From positions 682,001 to 725,994 of the forward strand of contig JAVHYY010000112.1 of NCBI GenBank assembly GCA_035221665.1: a stretch of DNA of 43,994 nt, read 5' to 3'. Within the stretch, counting starts at the first letter, position 1. Each line of letters starts with the position of its first letter. The DNA comes from Okamejei kenojei (taxonomy: Eukaryota). Of this stretch, positions 1 through 13,242 are shown in pieces. A program made the translations under genes and the position numbers. The notes under the pieces are model-generated. The model had not been told where the DNA came from. It was given only the letters and a program-made list of their open reading frames with translations, and made no database searches.

Positions 1-384
1 ATTATATGACTGGCCGGCTGCTGGTATATTGACCAACCACATACTTTCTCCGAAATTTCACTTATGCAGGGGCAATTGACAGGGTTGCACATTATCACCC
101 CTGCTATTTGCCCTTGCGATAGAGCCCTTACCGGAAAGTATAAGCATACATCCGAATGTTCACGGCTATAATACTAAACATTACAATAATAACATATCAT
201 TATATGCAGAAGATGTATTATTATACATTACAAAATCTCAAGTTAGTATACCAAATATATTGTCTAATAGAGGAATTCGGTTCTTTTTCAGGATATAGAT
301 TATACTGGAAAATGTGAAATCATGGCGATAAAACCCCAAGTCGGCACACCTTTTAAAATTTCCTTTCAAAATTGCTACAGAACA
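1..384 (+). mobile_element. L1-clade LINE ORF2 reverse transcriptase fragment (older host element, frameshifted)
   Basis: Degenerate RT motifs (QGCTLSPLLFALAIEPL, ISLYAEDVLLYI, ...PFKIATE), homologous to 445-942. Confidence 0.85.
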
Positions 385-2661
385 TATTAATAAAGACCTA
401 GTAATTATTTCCTTAGATGCGGAGAAAGCCTTTGACCAGGTGGATTGGTCTTATTTTTCTCGGTTATGGAAACTTTTAAGTTGGGAGATAAGTTTATTTC
501 TTGGGTTAAATTATTATGCACTAATCCAACAGCCAGAATAATAACAAATCAAATGCTATCAACTAAATTTAATCTATTCCGAGGATGCAGACAAGGTTGT
601 CCTCTATCCCCACTACTGTTTGCACTTGCAATAGAACCTTTAGCTCAACGGGTGAGATTGCATCCTGAAATATATGGATACGACACCAGAGATACTGAAA
701 ATAAAATTTCTTTATATGCGGATGATATATTACTTTATATCACAAAGCCGGAAAATAGTATCCCAAATTTACTAAAATTAATATCTGAATTTGGATTATT
801 ATCAGGATATAGTATTAATTGGAATAAAAGTGAACTTATGCCAATAATGGTAAATAACTTACATATACTACAACAATCTCCTTTTAAGATAGCAAACGAA
901 AAAAATCAAATATCTTGGAATTCATGTAACAAAAAGATTTGACTCTTTATTTAAATCAAATTTTCCACTTTTATTGAATAAATTAAATAAGAACATTTTA
1001 TATTGGAAAACATTACCGATCTCAATGATAGGTAGAATTAATGCAATAAAAATGATTTTTCTCCCGCAATTACTATATATTTTCCAATTCATTCCGATAT
1101 ATCTTCCTATTTTTTTTTAAGAAGGTTGATTCTATAGTCACCAACTTTATCTGGGATTAGAAGAGCCATAGAATAAACAAAAAACATTTATGTAAACCAA
1201 AAATAAATGTAGGTCTAACACTACCAAACTTTATGTTTTATTACTGGGCAGTTAATATTACAAATATGAATCTTTGGTTTGTAGAGACAGATAAACAACC
1301 AACCTGCTTAAAAATGGAAAAAGTAGATTGTTTGCCTTTTGAAATCAGTTCGATTTTATTCGCCAATATTAAAATAGGTAAGAAAACCTATAGTGAAAAC
1401 CTTATAATAGAAAGTGGAATATATATCTGGAAACAAATAAGGAAAACACTAAAATTGGAATGTATACCACTAGCCCATACCATTGTAAATGACGTTACTT
1501 TTAAATCCTCAATGATGGACAAAGTTTTTTTACAATGGAAAAACTATGGAATTAATCAGATGGGAGATCTCTACAGGGAAATTTCTTTCCTTTCATTTCA
1601 AGAATTACAACAAATTTATAGATTACATTCAAAAGATTACTTTTGATATCTCCAAATTAGAGACTATGTAAAAGCAAATACACAGCAAATTAGAAATAGA
1701 AAGACAGAAATTTTAGATGCATGCCTAAATAAACACCCGAACACAGAAACATTGATATCATATATTTATAATATTGTACTGTAAAACGATGTCCCAATGA
1801 CAGACATATATAGCCAATCATGGGAAAACGAATTAGGTCAAATCATTAGACCTGAAATATGGGATGAAAGTCTACAACATATAGACTGCTCGTTAAATAC
1901 TAGACACTCTCTTATACAATTTAAAATATTACATAGACTACATTATTCAAAATCCAAACTACATAGTATTTTTTCAAATGTATCTCCCATATGTGATAAA
2001 TGTCAGCACTTAGAAGCTAACTCGACGCACTCATTTACAAATTGTGTAAAAATTACTAAATTTTGGACAGGGATATTTAAGATAATTTCGAATGTTGTTA
2101 ATATGAATCTGATCCCTGACTCAAAGTTAATAATAATGAGATTATTAGAAACAGTTCAATTAGTATCAACGAATCAAATATTTTTTATTGATTACAGTGT
2201 AATAATTGGGAAAAAATTAATATTGAAATTCTTGAAAGGTCCTACATACCACACAAACAAAATGTGGGTTACAGGACTGTCGGGGACACTTCATCTGGAA
2301 AGATTAAGGCTTGACATATTGGACAAGTTGGATCTATTCAGAGGAATATGGTCTCCATGAATTGAATATCTAAAGGGTCAAAATGGCTCGGTACGAGAGC
2401 CTGACTGAAGCCTGAATAATGGAATAGATGAAGAATTACGAATAACAAATCATGGATATATCTCCAATGATGGATAACTTTTTTAATACTCCATTCATAT
2501 CTACTCTTACTTTATTGTTCTCTATCTTTTCTTACGTGTAAAAAAAGTATAGAAATATATAAGACATAATTGTTAATATTAATAAAATTGCGAATGTATG
2601 TGAGAAGTATACTCTATTAATATGTATTTACGTCTAATAAAAATATTTAACAAAAAAAAAG
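385..2661 (+). mobile_element. 5'-truncated L1-clade LINE (RT to C-terminal zinc knuckle, 3'UTR, A-tail) with 15-bp target-site duplication
   Basis: LDAEKAFD, RQGCPLSPLLFALAIEPL, LYADD and CDKC...THSFTNC motifs. AATAAA plus A-tail at about 2636-2660. TSD aattgctacagaaca at 370-384 and 2662-2676. Confidence 0.92.
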
Positions 2662-2665
2662 AATT

Positions 2666-2732
2666 GCTACAGAACAATTTGTGTCAAAGATACATCTTCT
2701 AGATGTATCTTTCACACAAATTGTTCTGTAGC
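2666..2732. repeat. Near-perfect hairpin: 32-bp arms, 1 mismatch, 3-nt loop
   Basis: gctacagaacaatttgtgtcaaagatacatct-tct-agatgtatctttcacacaaattgttctgtagc. Confidence 0.95.
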
Positions 2733-3890
2733 TGGGACACATCCTCGGTGATGTGACCTGGCGTCATCGGGTGTTTCGGGTCTCAAAACATCAGACACCC
2801 TCGCCCAGGCGACCTAGCCGGGGCTGATCAAGACCTGACTTACGTCCTAGCAGCAACCGCCCACGGATCAGCCCTCTTAATCCAACGCCACCTAGTGGCT
2901 TTCTCTGCGGCTTCGCTTGCGGATTGAATTGTTCTCTTCTTTGCCAGCTCCGTAATGCCCAACTGGTTGAGGACTTTGCTGAGTGAGCAAAGCCACTCCA
3001 GCCCACCTCCATGACATTCTATGTCTTCCAGCCTCTGTCCTGGCACATCTCCACCAGTTCCTGGTACTTTGCGCGCATCCTCTCATTAGCTTCTTCATTA
3101 CCCTCTTCCCAGGGCACTGTCAGTTCCTGAATGATCAGCTGTTTTGTCACCTCAGAGGTGATGATCATGTCTGGCTGGTGTGATGTTGCTGTGATGTGCT
3201 GTGTAAAATCCAGCTGTTTGCCCAGATCGACGTGCAGCTGCCAGTCAGTGGCTGTGTAGACGAGGCCCGTCCTTGTTTCTGTTTGTGGTCGGGGCTTCTC
3301 TACAGCTTTGACAAAAGTGATTGATTTTTTGGGGCGTGCTGGTGTTTGCTGTTACCGATGGCAGTGGCTATGCTCTCAGCAAACACGTTGAGCACCTGGT
3401 CATGCCGCCACCGATAGCGACCTTCCCCAAGAGACTTTGGGCAGCTGCTGAGGAGATTTGTAATGATCCTCTTCCAGAGCAAGGTGGGCAGAAAGCTGCC
3501 TCGCTCTTGCCCCAGACGAGGAGGTTTGCTGGTCTTGGTCGGGCATAGTAGACAGCTTGCACAAGGAACCGGACGCGCTGGAAGTCTGCCTGCATGATGT
3601 TTGACCAGGCAATTCTGCGCTGCGATATGCTCTCCCACCTTGTCCACTCTCCCTGCTGCCTGAGCCCCTCTGTACTGCTTCCACGCTCTTCCACCACACC
3701 TGCTCTGACCTCTTCCTTGATTAGATGGTGTCTATCCTTGCCCTGGGCCTTGCCAACCGGTGTCTTAGGGAAGTATCCTAAACCCGCTCTGCCAGTTGCC
3801 ATGGCTCCCACCAATGCCTTTTGCCTTAGGCGTGACTCTGCCACATCCACTGCTTTCGCCGCCCTCCATTTCCTTCCTGTTCTCACCTCA
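2733..3890 (-). mobile_element. Hero-clade (RLE-type) non-LTR retrotransposon, 3' part
   Basis: Minus-strand frames give RTGRKW, GRAGLG, a zinc knuckle CPPC...SSC, RYRWRHDQVL and a restriction-like endonuclease motif PDMIITSE...ELTVPWEE. Confidence 0.8.
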
Positions 3891-4125
3891 GTTTTTTGTA
3901 AAGGTTTTTTGGTAAATAACTCGGTATTGATTGAAATAAATAGAAAATGTGTGGTAGGAAAATTATTTTTATGGCATATATTCTGCCTATTAGAGACATC
4001 GGAAGTGTTTTCCGGAATTGAATAAGAGTGATTAATTCAATAGATAAGGGCAGGAAGTTTGCATTGAATAAATAATTATATTTTCTCTTTACTTGGACAC
4101 CCAGATATTTAAATAGTTCAAACAC
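3891..4125 (-). mobile_element. L1 ORF2 fragment, inverted relative to the flanking host L1
   Basis: FKYLGVQV...LPMSLIGRIYAIKIIFLP..YLFQSIP; this is the segment expected directly after PFKIATE at 361-384. Confidence 0.85.
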
Positions 4126-4247
4126 AGCTACATCGATCCCTCAGTGCAGAAGGGTGGGATTCCGGGGTCCCGGCTGCGTGGAGCACACTGGCGTAGTTAC
4201 GCAGCTCAAGTAAAATCCCTGAAGGCAGATGGGGAAAATATCTCCTA

Positions 4248-4340
4248 TGTATGCATAATTGTTCGATTAATGTAAGACATATTCTAAATTCCCTATCTTC
4301 CCTATCTGCGACAAATGTTTATCTCAAGAAGCATCTATAA
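4248..4340 (+). mobile_element. L1 ORF2 C-terminal fragment, interrupted by a CR1 insertion
   Basis: CSINVRHIL...PICDKCLSQEASI; continues at 5866. Confidence 0.7.
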
Positions 4341-5865
4341 GAAGCAGATGCCTTAGTGATAATTTTTCAAAACTCTTTAGATTCTGGAGTAGTTCCTGAG
4401 GATTGGAGGATAGCTAATGTAACTCCACTTTTTAAAAAGGGAGGGAGAGATAAAAGGGGAATTACAGACCAGTTAGTCTAACATCGGTAGTGGGGAGACT
4501 GCTAGAGTCAATTATTAAAGATGGGATAGCAGCGCATTTGGAAAGTAGTGAAATCATTGGACAAAGTCAGCATGGATTTACGAAGGGTAAATCATGTCTG
4601 ACGAATCTTATTGAAGTTTTTGAGGATGTAACTAGTAGAGTGGATAAGGGAGAAGCAGTGGATGTGTTGCATCTGGACTTTCAGAAGGCTTTCGACAAGG
4701 TCCCACACAAGAGATTGGTATACAAACTTAAAGCACATGGTATTGGTGGTTCAGTATTGATGTGGATAGAGAACTGGCTTGCAGACAGGAAGCAAAGAGT
4801 AGGAGTGAACGGGTCCTTCTCAGGATGGCAGACAGTGACTAGTGGAGTGCCGCAAGGCTCAGTGCTGGGACCCCAGCTATTTACAATTTACATTAATGAT
4901 TTGGACGAGGGAATTAAATGCAACATCTCGAAGTTTGCGGATGACACGAAGCTGGGAGGCAGTGTTAGCTGTGAGGAGGATGCTAGGAGGCTGCAGGATG
5001 ACTTGGATAGAATGTGTGAGTGGGCAAATGCATGGCAGATGCAGTATAATGAGGATAAATGTGAGGTTATCCACTTTGGTGGCAAAAACAGGAAGGTAGA
5101 CTATTATTTGAATGGTGACCGATTAGGAAAAGGGGAGATGCAGCGAGACCTGGGTGTCATGGTACACCAGTCATTGAAAGTAGGCATGCAGGTGCTGCAG
5201 GCTGTGAAGAAAGCGAATGGTATGTTGGCATTCATAGCAAAAGGATTTGAGTACAAGAGCAGGGAGGATCTACTGCCGTTGTACAGGGTCTTGGTGAGGC
5301 CACACCTGGAGTATTGCGTACAGTTTTGGTCTCCTAATCCGAGGAAAAACATTCTTGCCATAGAGGGAGTACAGAGAAGGTTCACCACACTGATTCCTGG
5401 GATGGCACGACTTCCATATTTAGAAAGACTGGATAGACTTGGCTTGTACTCGCTGGAATTTAGAAGATTGAGGGGTGATCTCATAGAAACTTACAAAATT
5501 CTTAAAGGGTTGGGCAGGCTCGATGCAGGAAGATTGTTCCCGATGTTGGGGAAATCCAGGACAAGGGGTCACAGTTTAAGGATAAGGGGGAAGTCTTTTA
5601 GGACCGAAATGAGAAAATCGTTTTTCACACAGAGAGTAGTGAATCTGCGGAATTCTCTGCCACAGTAGGTAGTTGAGGCCAGTTCGTTGACCATATTTAA
5701 GAGGGAGTTGGATGTGGCCCTTGTGGCAGAAGGGATCAGGGGGTATGGAGAGAAGGCAGGTACGGGATACTGAGTTGGATGATCAGCCATGATCATATTG
5801 AATGGCGGTGCAGGCTCGAAGGGCCGAATGGTCTGCTCCTGCACCTAATTTCTATGTTTCTATAA
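4341..5865 (+). mobile_element. 5'-truncated CR1-clade LINE (HER1-like), young; RT ORF 4490-5668
   Basis: LDFQKAFDKVPH, SGVPQGSVLGP, FADDTKL, RPHLEYCVQFW, a (tttctatg) tail, and tctataa on both sides (4334-4340 and 5859-5865). Confidence 0.95.
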
Positions 5866-6590
5866 CACGCTCCGTTGCCTCTTTCAGAAACTCCATAAAT
5901 ATTGGAAAGGAATCTTTGAAATCTTCTCAAATCGTCTCAAAATTATTACAAACAAAACGGGACCACATACATAATTGTTTTTTTTCGGAAAAACAGGAGC
6001 CTGCTCTGAGCTATCAATATTTCAAAGACGTTACCTGAATTATGCCCTGATAATGGAAAAAAAAAGTCTACTTAAATTTTGGAAAAATGCATCCACCCCA
6101 ACTATTAAAATGTGGATCAAAAGCATGTCTGAGACGCTACATGTCGAAGATATGAGACTCGTCTTAGCAGGAAAATTAGAGCAATGTTTAATGATATGGT
6201 CTCCTTTCATCGATTAATTACAAGCATGGTAAGGTGCAACACAAATTCGGAATTAAACCGATTTAATGACAGGGCGATGGGTGGGCTGAGAAACGAAGTA
6301 GGTATATCAACATGTTTTGGTCTATTTTTTTTCTTTTTATTATTTTTCTTTTTGTCTTTTTATATTTTTGTAAGTTTTTACATAGTCACTCTGCGACTAC
6401 ACTCTGGTAGTTTAGCGGTTTAAACATGCACTAGCTATTTCAATCTCTCTCTTCTTGCTCTTTTTCTCTTTTTCTATTTCATTGATGTCAAAATTAAAAT
6501 GGAAGATCTACAATAAATGTAATTTTTCTTATGCCGCGGTTTATACTACTGTACACTGCTTCTAATAAAATTATTATTTAAAAAAAAGAA
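5866..6590 (+). mobile_element. L1 ORF2 C-terminus, 3'UTR and A-tail of the host element
   Basis: LLKFWKN..TPTIKMWI..SETLH.E....IWSP, paralogous to 2220-2360. aataaa plus A-run at about 6564-6590. Confidence 0.85.
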
Positions 6591-7494
6591 ACTATTTTCC
6601 CCATCACACAGAATAATTCTGCTCAGATTTACATTTGACGGAATCCGCGACTAAACATTTCCCGGTAAGGGGATGCTGTATGATAATGTTGGCAGAGTTG
6701 ACATATGGACAGAGGGAGGAGTGTATTATCACTTAATTTATTAGCCTTTGGTTTGTGAACGACAGAGTGCACGAGCAATGAAGAACAAGATATCTTCATT
6801 TTAATTCATAATTGACAGAATATTTTATTGTCTTCACAGATTGCGAGGGAAGAGGATAAATAGGTAGGTACAAAGTTAACACTTCACCAGCCCCAATTTT
6901 GTAGTATCAGGGAAACGTTATGCGGCTTACTGCATCTTAAGTGCAAATGAAGAGCAGGCAGTATCTCTGTAGGAAAAGGATAGATGACGTTTCCGGTCAG
7001 GATCCTTCTTCCGTCTGAAAGTAGGGCGAGGCTACTGAATGCAAGAGTAGGCCAGAACAGGGCAGGGAAGGCAATATATGACTAAGAAATAATGGAGTCC
7101 ATAATCGCCCATTGTTGGCTGGGGAATAAGATGTACCAGACAACGAGCAGTATAGGTAAGTAAATAAGTAAGTAAGTAAGTTTATTGGCCAAGTATTCAC
7201 ATACAAGGAATTTGCCTTGGTGCTCCGCCCACAAGTAACAACATGACATACAGTGACAGTTACGAATATAACTAGTATGATGACTAGTTTGCGGGAGAGG
7301 GTGAGAGGCAGGGAGACAAGCGACATACCAGATGCTGTTCCTCCATTGTGTGCGTGGCCTCGCTCTAACGGTTGAGGAGGACAACGACAGAGAGGTTTAT
7401 ATGGGAATGGGAAGAGGTGTTAAAATGTTTGCTCGCCGGGAAAACGCAAAGGCAAATGCAGAAATAGATTTGTTACCTTACATCCGAGCCGCAG

Positions 7495-7850
7495 AGTCAC
7501 AGAGTGATAAAGTGATACAGTGTGGAAACAGGCCCTTCGTCCCAACTCGCTCACACAGGCCAACAGAATACCAGCTACACTAGTCCCACTTACCCGCGCT
7601 TGCTCCATATCCCTCCAACTTTCTCCTATCCATGTACCTGTCAACTGTTGACTAAACGATGGGATAGTCCCAGGCACAACTGCCTCCAGTGGGAGCTTGT
7701 TCCGTAAACCCACCACCCATTGCGTGAAAGTGTTTCCCCACGGATTCTTATTAAATATGTTTCGCTTCTCCTTGAACCTATGTCCTCTGGTCGTCGATTT
7801 TCTGGGCAAAAGACTCTGTGCATTTACCCACTCTATTCCTCTCATGAATT
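7495..7850 (-). mobile_element. CR1 3' fragment
   Basis: YKFMRGI...TRGHRFK...FTQWVVGLRNKLP followed by a CR1-type 3'UTR on the minus strand. Confidence 0.8.
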
Positions 7851-8114
7851 TGTATTTATGGCACACCTCACCTATAGCTTTACTCCAGATATATGTTTTC
7901 TGCATACAGGTGTATAAAGCACGCTTTATTTTGGAACTTTATACAATCTAGATAATCCTCTGCGGAAACAGCAGATGCTCTTTCCACCGAAAACCTCGTC
8001 AATGAGCAATGATAAGTTATTTTTTAATGATGAAAGGAAATCACAAATACAACACGTTGCAGCTATTTAACTGAAAATCTTCACACTTTTTGTAAGCAAT
8101 ATGTTCTCGGCATA

Positions 8115-11100
8115 TTGGGCCTCGGGTAGAAGGTGATAGGGGACAGGGTAGAGGGACTCGGGTAGAGGGGGCTAGGGGACAGGGTGTGGGGCAAGAGGCA
8201 GAGAAGGGAAGCACTCGGACCCAAAATATAGACGAGAAAGAGGAAAAAGATAGTAGACAGAGAATAAGGGATGGTGGGTTTCTAAAATGTGCATATTTTA
8301 ATGCTAGGAGCATTATAAGAAAGGTGGATGAACTTAGAGCCTGGATTGACACCTGGAAATATGATGTTGTGGCAATCAGTGAAACATGGTTGCAGGACGG
8401 CTGTGATTGGAAACTAAATATTCCACGATATCGTTGCTTCAGGTGTGATAGAATTGGAGGGACCAGAGGTGGATTGCTTGTCAGAGAGGATATTACAGCA
8501 GTGCTTTGGCAGGCTAGATTAGAGGGCTCGTCTAGGGAGGCTATTTGGGTGGAACTGAGAAGTGGGAACGGTGTAGCAACACTTTTAGGGGTGTATTATA
8601 GACCGCCAAATGGGGAGCGAGAATTGGAAGAGCAAATATGTAAGGAGATAGCAGATATTAGTAGTAAGCACAAGGTAGTGATTGTGGGAGATTTCAATTT
8701 TCCAAAAATGGACTGGGAAACACATTCTGTAAATGGGCTGGATGGTTTGGAGTTTGTAAAATGTGTGCAGGATAGTGTTTTGCAGCAGTACATAGAGGTA
8801 TCGACCAGAGAAGGGGCAGTGCTGGACCTCCTGTTAGGAAATGAGGCAGGTCAGGTGACGGAGGTATGCGTTGGTGAGCACTTCGGGACCAGTGATCACA
8901 ATACCATTAGTTTCAATATAATTATGGAGAGAGTCAGAACTGGACCTAGGGTGGAGATTTTTGATTGGAGAAAGGCTAACTTTGAGGGAATGCGTAAGGA
9001 TTTAAAAGGAGTTAATTGGGACACTCTGTTTTCTGGGAAGGATTTAGAAGATAAATGGAGGACATTTAAGGGGAAATTGTAAGAGTACAGAATCTTTATG
9101 TCCCTGTTAGGGTGAAAGGAATTAGTAAAAAATTGGAAAGAGCCATGGTTTTCAAGGGACATTGGACACTTGTTTCGAAAAAAATAGAGATATCTGCAAT
9201 ATTTATAGGAGGTATGGAGTAAATGAGTTTCTAGAGGAGTATAACGCATGTAAAAATAATCTTAAGAAAGAAATTAGGAAGGCTAAAAGAACATATGAGG
9301 TTGCTTTGGCAAGAAAGGTGAATGTAAATCCAAAGGGTTTCTACAGCTATATTAATAGCAAACGGATAAAGGGGGATAAAATTGGACCATTAGAGAGGCA
9401 GAATGGACAGCTATCTGCAGAGCCAAAAGAGATGGGGGAGATATTGAACAATTTATTTTCTTCGGTATTCACCAAGGAGAAGGATATTGAACTATGTGAA
9501 GTAAGGAAAAAAAGTAGAGTAGCTATGGAAACTATGAGATTCAAAGAGGAGGAAGTACTGACACTTTTGAAAAATATAAAAGTGGATAAATCTCCAGGTC
9601 CTGACAGGATATTCCCTAGGACATTGAGGGAAGTTAGTGTAGAAATAGCAGGAGCTATGACAGAAATATTTCAAATGTTATTAGAAACGGGAATAGTGCC
9701 GGAGGATTGGCGTACTGCGCATGTTGTTCCATTGTTTAAAAAGGGTTCAAAGAATAAACCTAGCAATTATAGACCTGTTAGTTTGACGTCAATGGTGGGT
9801 ATATTAATGGAAAGGATACTTAGAGATAATATATATAAGCATCTGGATAAACAGGGTCTGATCAGGAACAGTCAACATGGATTTGTGCCTGGAAGGCACA
9901 AATTGTTTGACAAACCTTCTTGAATTTTTTGAAGCGGTTACTAGGGAAATTGATGAGGGTAAAGCAGTGGATGTTGTCTATATGGATTTCAGTAAGGCCT
10001 TTGACAAGGTTCCCCATGGAAGGTTGGTTAAGAATGTTTAATCTTTTGGTGTTAATGGCGGAGTAGCAAGATGGATTCAACAGTGGCTGAAGGGGAGATG
10101 TCAGAGAGTAATGGTGGATGGCTGTTTGTCAGGTTGGAAGCTGGTGACCAGTGGGGTGCCTCAGTGATCTGTGTTGGGTCCACTGTTGTTTGTTATGTAC
10201 ATCAATGATCTGGATGATGGGGTGGAAAATTGGATAAGTAAGTATGCAGATTATACTAAGATGGGTGGTGTTATAGATAATGTAGATTTTCAAAGTCTAC
10301 AGAGAGATTTGGGCCATATGGAAAAGTGGGCTGAAAGAAGGCAGATGGAGTTTAATGCTGATAAGTGTGAAGTGCTACATCTTGGCAGGACAAATCAAAA
10401 TAGGACGTACATGGTAAATGGTTGGGAATTGAGGAATGTTGTGGAACAGAGAGATCTAGGAATAACTGTGCATAGTTCCCTGAAGGTGGATCGCATGTAG
10501 ATGGTGTGGTAAAGAAAGCCTTTGGTGTGCTGGCCTTTATAAATCAGAGCATTGAATATAGGAGCAGGGAAGTAATGTTAAAATTGTACAAGGCATTGGT
10601 GAGACCAATTCTGGAGTATGGTGTACAATTTCGGTCGCCTAATTATAGGAAGGATGTGAACAAAATAGAGAGAGTACAGAGGAGATTTACTAGAATGTTG
10701 CCTGGGATCCAGCAACTATGTTACAGAGAAAGGTTGAACAAGTTAGGTCTTTATTCTTTGGAGCGCAGAAGGTTAAGGGGGGACTTGATTGAGGTCCTTA
10801 AAATGATGAAAGGGATAGACAGAGTTGGCGTGGATAAGCTTTTCCCATTAAGGGTAGGGAAGATTCAAACAAGAGGGCATGACATGCGAATTAAGGGACG
10901 GAATTTTAGGAGTATCGTGAGGGGGAACTTCTTTACTCAGAGGGTGGTGGCTGTGTGGAATGAGTTTCCAGCAGAAGTGGTGGATGCAGGATCGATTTTA
11001 ACATTTAAAAGTAAATTGGATAGGTATATGGACGGGAAGGGAATGGAGGGGTATGGTCTGAGTGCAGGTAGATGGGACTAGCGGAAAACAAATGATCGGC

Positions 11101-11165
11101 ATGGACTGGAAGGGCTGAGAGGGCCTGTTCCGTGCTGTAATTGTTATATGGTTATATGGTTATAT
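8115..11165 (+). mobile_element. CR1-clade LINE with nearly full ORF2 (APE endonuclease plus RT), disrupted by stops and frameshifts
   Basis: APE motifs FNARSI, ISETWL, YYRPP, GDFNFP, LDLLL and SDHN. RT motifs KSPGPD, NYRPVSLTS, QHGF and LGPLLF. (ttatatgg)n tail. Confidence 0.95.
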
Positions 11166-11395
11166 CTGTACAAATTCTTGAAAAAACAGAAGAGGAATGA
11201 TTTAACTGAGCATTTGGAAATACGGACATGAGGCGAGACGGAACCCATGAACCTCCGAAGCAGTTGGGCGTGCACTACAGAGCCAATGAACATAAAATGT
11301 ACACACATTAAATTCTGTATTTTCATATAAACCCTGCATCAAAGCAACGAATGAAGCCTAGCAGTTCACTCGTTTTTGTTATATTATTTTAACTA

Positions 11396-12303
11396 TCAAT
11401 TTGCCGATTTAAATATCTTTGCAATGCAACGGATCGGATATGTTAGCATGCGGAACAGCTCCTCTCTGAACTTGCTCTGTGTCACGATATAAATTTCCGT
11501 GTTTGTGCAGGTGCTCAGCAGCTGAAGCATCAATCCAACCCTTTCAAAATCTTCCAAAGGGTTTATCCAGGCCTTGCGCGTAAACGCTTGCAAACTTCGA
11601 ACCGCAATAAAATGTACCACACTTGAGGCCCAGAGAAGGATGAAGCAGCTCGAGATCGCCAGAAGTAAAACGACCGACCGTCTGCGGTTCACCAACTCCT
11701 GGTCATTCTTTTTCTCTCCACCGTTGAGGTCTCGGAGGTTCCTGCGGACCCGACTGGCCACGGAAATACGTCTGACGGTGAGCGCGTTAAACAACAAAAT
11801 CAGGCAGAATGGAATCGCCGGGGTGAACAACTGTTCGATCCAAGAGAACACCATCCATTCGGGACGAATATAAAAATCTACAGTTTTGAGGCAGCCATAC
11901 TTTCCACCCATTCCGTGATAAGGAACGTATGCGAAGGGCAAGGGAATGTTTTTAAGGCCGACGAACAGGCTCACTGTCAGGATAACAATCCACGCGGTTC
12001 TCTCGGTGCAATATTTCGTTTTCACATTCTGAGTAGAAATCGCAACAAAGCGATCAAATGTGAAAGCGACTGTGAACCATACCGAACAATCCACCGCCAC
12101 GGGAGCGAGGTACAATATTATTTTGCACACAGGAGTGTAGGGCAAGGAAGCAGGCCACAAATACATATCAGCAATCCGATGAAACATCACGTCAATGAGA
12201 AGCACAGAGAGGTCCGCAGTCGCCATGGCTAGCATGTAACGAGTGATGCACTTGGAGAGGCCGCATTTGCCACTGGACAGTATCACAATCGCCATCAGAT
12301 TCA
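11396..12303 (-). CDS. GPR139/GPR142-like class A orphan GPCR, copy 1, exon 2 (TM1 end to C-terminus)
   Basis: Open 302-codon frame after acceptor ttcccag: NLMAIVIL..GKCGLSKC, AMATADL, C in TM3, FTFDRFVAI, P.IPF, TM7 LSTCTNTEIY..TQSKFREEL. Confidence 0.93.
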
Positions 12304-12695
12304 CTGGGAAGGTATAAAAACATAAACTGATGAATTGTGTGGGATATGTGTCGGTTGATGAGGGTTATTTAAACGTGCGCATATTTGGGACGATCAACCA
12401 TTAAACCTATGTTATAAAGATGTTCAATCGTCAACAAATTATTAAATACATGATTATCAAAATTAGTGAGATTTCCGTGTCTATTTATCTTCACATATTT
12501 ATGCCAAGCGTTTAATATTGATGCTTTGTTATCCCGGCATGATCGCTGCAGCTACAGTCTCTGTTCTATGTACTTCCAAAACCTAACTTAAAATTGCCTC
12601 CCGACCGGAGGGGGAACCCGGTTGTTCACACTGACGTTTTTTGTTGAGTAAGTTGTTCATACGATCTTCAAATCTGTCTATGCGAAATTATCCTT

Positions 12696-12980
12696 GTGAA
12701 ATGAGAATTAAGGGACAGAGGTTTAGGGGTAACGTGAGGGGGAACTTCTTTACTCAGAGGGTGGTGGCTGTGTGGAATGAGCATCCAGCAGATGTGGTGG
12801 AGGCAGGATCGATTTTAACATTTAAAAGTAAAGTGGATAGGTATATGGACGTGAAGGGAATGGAGGGGTATGGTCTGAGTGCAGGTAGATGGGACTAGGG
12901 GAAAACAAATGGTCGGCACGGACTGGAAGGGCCGAGAGGGCCTGTCTCCGTGCTGTAATTGTTATATGGTTATATGGTTA
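12696..12980 (+). mobile_element. CR1 3' fragment in the GPCR copy 1 intron
   Basis: Highly similar to 10880-11165, including the (ttatatgg) tail. Absent at the equivalent site of copy 2 (about 34295). Confidence 0.9.
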
Positions 12981-13242
12981 AATGTTAAGTGCTTAACAGC
13001 AAATGCTGTGCCAAATTACTGGACGGGTCGTGTATTTCTTTCTACAGAGTGCACTGCGCACTGCGGAACAGGTAGTCTCACCCACAGCGAGGACGCCGTG
13101 TCGCTTTCCCTTCCAACAGCGCAGGTATGGGTATCGGTTGTGGCAAAAATCCGTGGAGGCTAAATTTGTACCAGTCTATGAACGACCATCCGTCAAAGAA
13201 GCCAACGCGTTTCCTCTCTCCTACAATGTTAATTGGTTCATT

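Noticed and set aside
2733-2800. ctgatg...gaaac on the minus strand as a hammerhead ribozyme
   Set aside because: The CUGANGA core is incomplete and helix II is absent; this is simply the Hero 3'UTR.
11574-12232. Plus-strand ORFs over GPCR1 (and 32376-32708 over GPCR2)
   Set aside because: Antisense shadows of the GPCR coding sequence.
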